A stretch of 64,000 bases of DNA from Glycera tridactyla (lineage: Eukaryota), in contig OZ286465.1 of NCBI GenBank assembly GCA_965644265.1, positions 72,106,001-72,170,000 on the forward strand. Direction: 5' to 3'. The notes under the pieces were generated by a model. The model was not told the DNA's origin and did not search any database. It worked only from the letters and a program-made list of their open reading frames with translations. Of the stretch, positions 62,068 to 64,000 are shown in pieces (position 1 is the first letter of the stretch; each line of letters opens with the position of its first letter). A program made the position numbers and the translations under genes.

Positions 62068-62232
62068 TACAGTCAAACCTGCTCTATAGAGACCACCTCT
62101 CTATAAAGACCACCCTGAGCTGTGACCATGGTAGTATTTTCAACAGTAAATGACCTCTATAAAGACCACCTGCCTATAAAGACCACTTTTTGATGCGACT
62201 GAAGGCGGGATTTATAGACAGGTTCGACTGTA
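62068..62232. mobile_element. TA-flanked MITE, same family as 28893
   Basis: tacagtcaaacctgctctatagagaccacc...acaggttcgactgta. Confidence 0.78.
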
Positions 62233-64000
62233 TATGTGAAGTCCATTGGAGAGAAATCTGCATAGCATCAGCAGACTTTAGTAATGCATTTTCCTGTATA
62301 GGTCATAAGTCAGAATACTGAAACTAGGCTGAAATGCTGGTTGAATACAGTGAATTCCAGCCGTTGAGTGATGCTCCTATCAGTGAGCTGGGATGGCAGT
62401 GATGTTCGCTGGTGAGCAGCAGAGTAGACAGCTTCCACCGCGCTCACTCCCCACATTGACTCACGGGCCTGCATACACAGCATTGCTTCACTGACTGTAG
62501 TAGTGGAAGCGAGTATGTCTCCTTAATCACACAGTTACTGACTACTTCATACTGGACACCCTCTCCATCCACCAACCTCACTTCTCCAACACTATTAAAG
62601 GATTTAATCTGTATTTGTACAGTTAATATGTAACATCATCATCATCATGGAAGGATTACCAGTACGATAATATCACCATCATAAGATACCGGTTACAGCC
62701 AATGGGATGGAACTAAGTTACATGTAACTTTACATGGGATCTACACTTTTTAATATGCAAAGTTAGCCAGTGAAGCAATACTGATTAGTGTAATACGAGC
62801 AAGTCCACTTTCAAACATTTTGAATTGGTTGGATTTGTCCCCGTCCAAATCGAGGTCAATTTTTTCACGAATTTAAAACTCACTTCTCATGAAATTTGAA
62901 TCAAGTTCACATTGGAAAGCTCCTGAATGAGTGGGATTTGCTCCTGCCAAAATCTGAGTTAATTTTTTCATAGAAGTTTTTTTCCTGTCAACGGTTGAAT
63001 GTAAGCCATTGACTCATTAATAGGTCATATTCATGGATGACCTAGTTTAGAAAGAGAAAGTAGTTGTATCTAATGAGGAGCATATCTTGCACATGGTCAG
63101 CTTTGGGCTCTTCGAGGGGCTTAAGAATCCTGAATCGACAGAGAGGTCTCCATCCTCCCATATTGGATAAACTCATTCCAGCGGTTTCTCATAAGTCCCC
63201 TTACTTTGATGATCAGAGTGAACAATCCTGATTGATTGAGTGATGCTTGGAGTCTCTCTAATCAAGGTTTTAAACATTACTCAATCAAATTCTATCCAGG
63301 TATTTCAAACTCCGAGATGCTCCCTCTGGTTGCAAAATACAGGGGGACATGAGCCCCTGGAATTAGTTCATCTATCTCTATCCTAAAATTCCAAACTTCG
63401 GAGATGTTCACTGGTCTTCAAGTAAAATGGGACCTTTGCAAGGCCCTAGGATGAGTTCATTCAGTATTGGATGGTGGGCTTGAATGGAATGAATGCGCTA
63501 TAGGGCATGTGAGTGGCAGTAGTCGCTGACTGAGGTGACTGAGTAGCAGCGTATTTGTACACATATTATTACACGGGTGGATGTTACATTGATCCGGCAG
63601 CCTGCCACTGGATTCATATGTACTGTATCAAACAAGACAAGTGAGCTCACTGTGTAAGCTCACACATGTGTGCGGGAGTGTGCTCAGTGTCCTGCTCATA
63701 CCTCACCCTCCAAGGCTTGTGAGCACATATGAGCATCTGGAGGCTTGTGAGCCCAGAGGAGCAACTGAAGGATTGAAACGATTGCTTTGCTCATGTTTGT
63801 ACCTCACAGCTGATGTTTAATTACGCACTTGGATTTCCAAAACTCCTGAGAGTTGTGAATTGAAGAGAGGAGTAAGCTAGGGTCAAAGACTTATGCTCTT
63901 ACTCGACACCTCAAAACAATCGAAACACATTCATGGATTACTGGGAGAGATATGATTTGAGGAGGAGAGGTAGGTTGATTACTTGAAAGGTAATTTCAAT

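Noticed and set aside
62340-62720. Possible internal promoter or first exon for a short C-terminal filamin isoform (TGACTCA site, ATG at ~62647)
   Set aside because: The ATG frame stops after 7 codons and there is no clear donor; not supportable from sequence alone.

Overview
AT-rich animal (invertebrate-type) genomic DNA with two short assembly gaps. The window lies inside one multi-exon, + strand filamin gene. From 33.6 to 58.6 kb, 14 exons with canonical AG/GT boundaries and consistent phases encode filamin Ig-like repeats matching vertebrate FLNA Ig5, 6, 8, 9, 11-15, a hinge-1 region and most of Ig16. Equivalents of Ig7 and Ig10 are absent. The actin-binding domain, Ig1-4 and Ig17-24 must lie outside the window. 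The striking feature is upstream of Ig5: at least nine stop-free, phase-0/phase-0 exons (464-31613) encode about 6,600 aa of charged, low-complexity repeat sequence. They include a single 15,234-nt exon carrying a 921-bp duplication, a 1,209-bp higher-order repeat array and a CX2CX4HX4C zinc knuckle, and a 2,691-nt exon of ~37 RGG/acidic-Tyr repeats. Splice phases allow these exons to join directly to the Ig5 exon, predicting a giant (~9,000 aa) filamin isoform with a huge disordered insert. This is an inference, because the upstream filamin exons are not in the window and a possible alternative terminal exon lies at 27694. Introns carry several MITE families, a Helentron/HINE-like element with ~170-bp tandem repeats, microsatellites, and possible decayed antisense exons. 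Ig numbering and family comparisons come from my recollection of known sequences; no searches were run.
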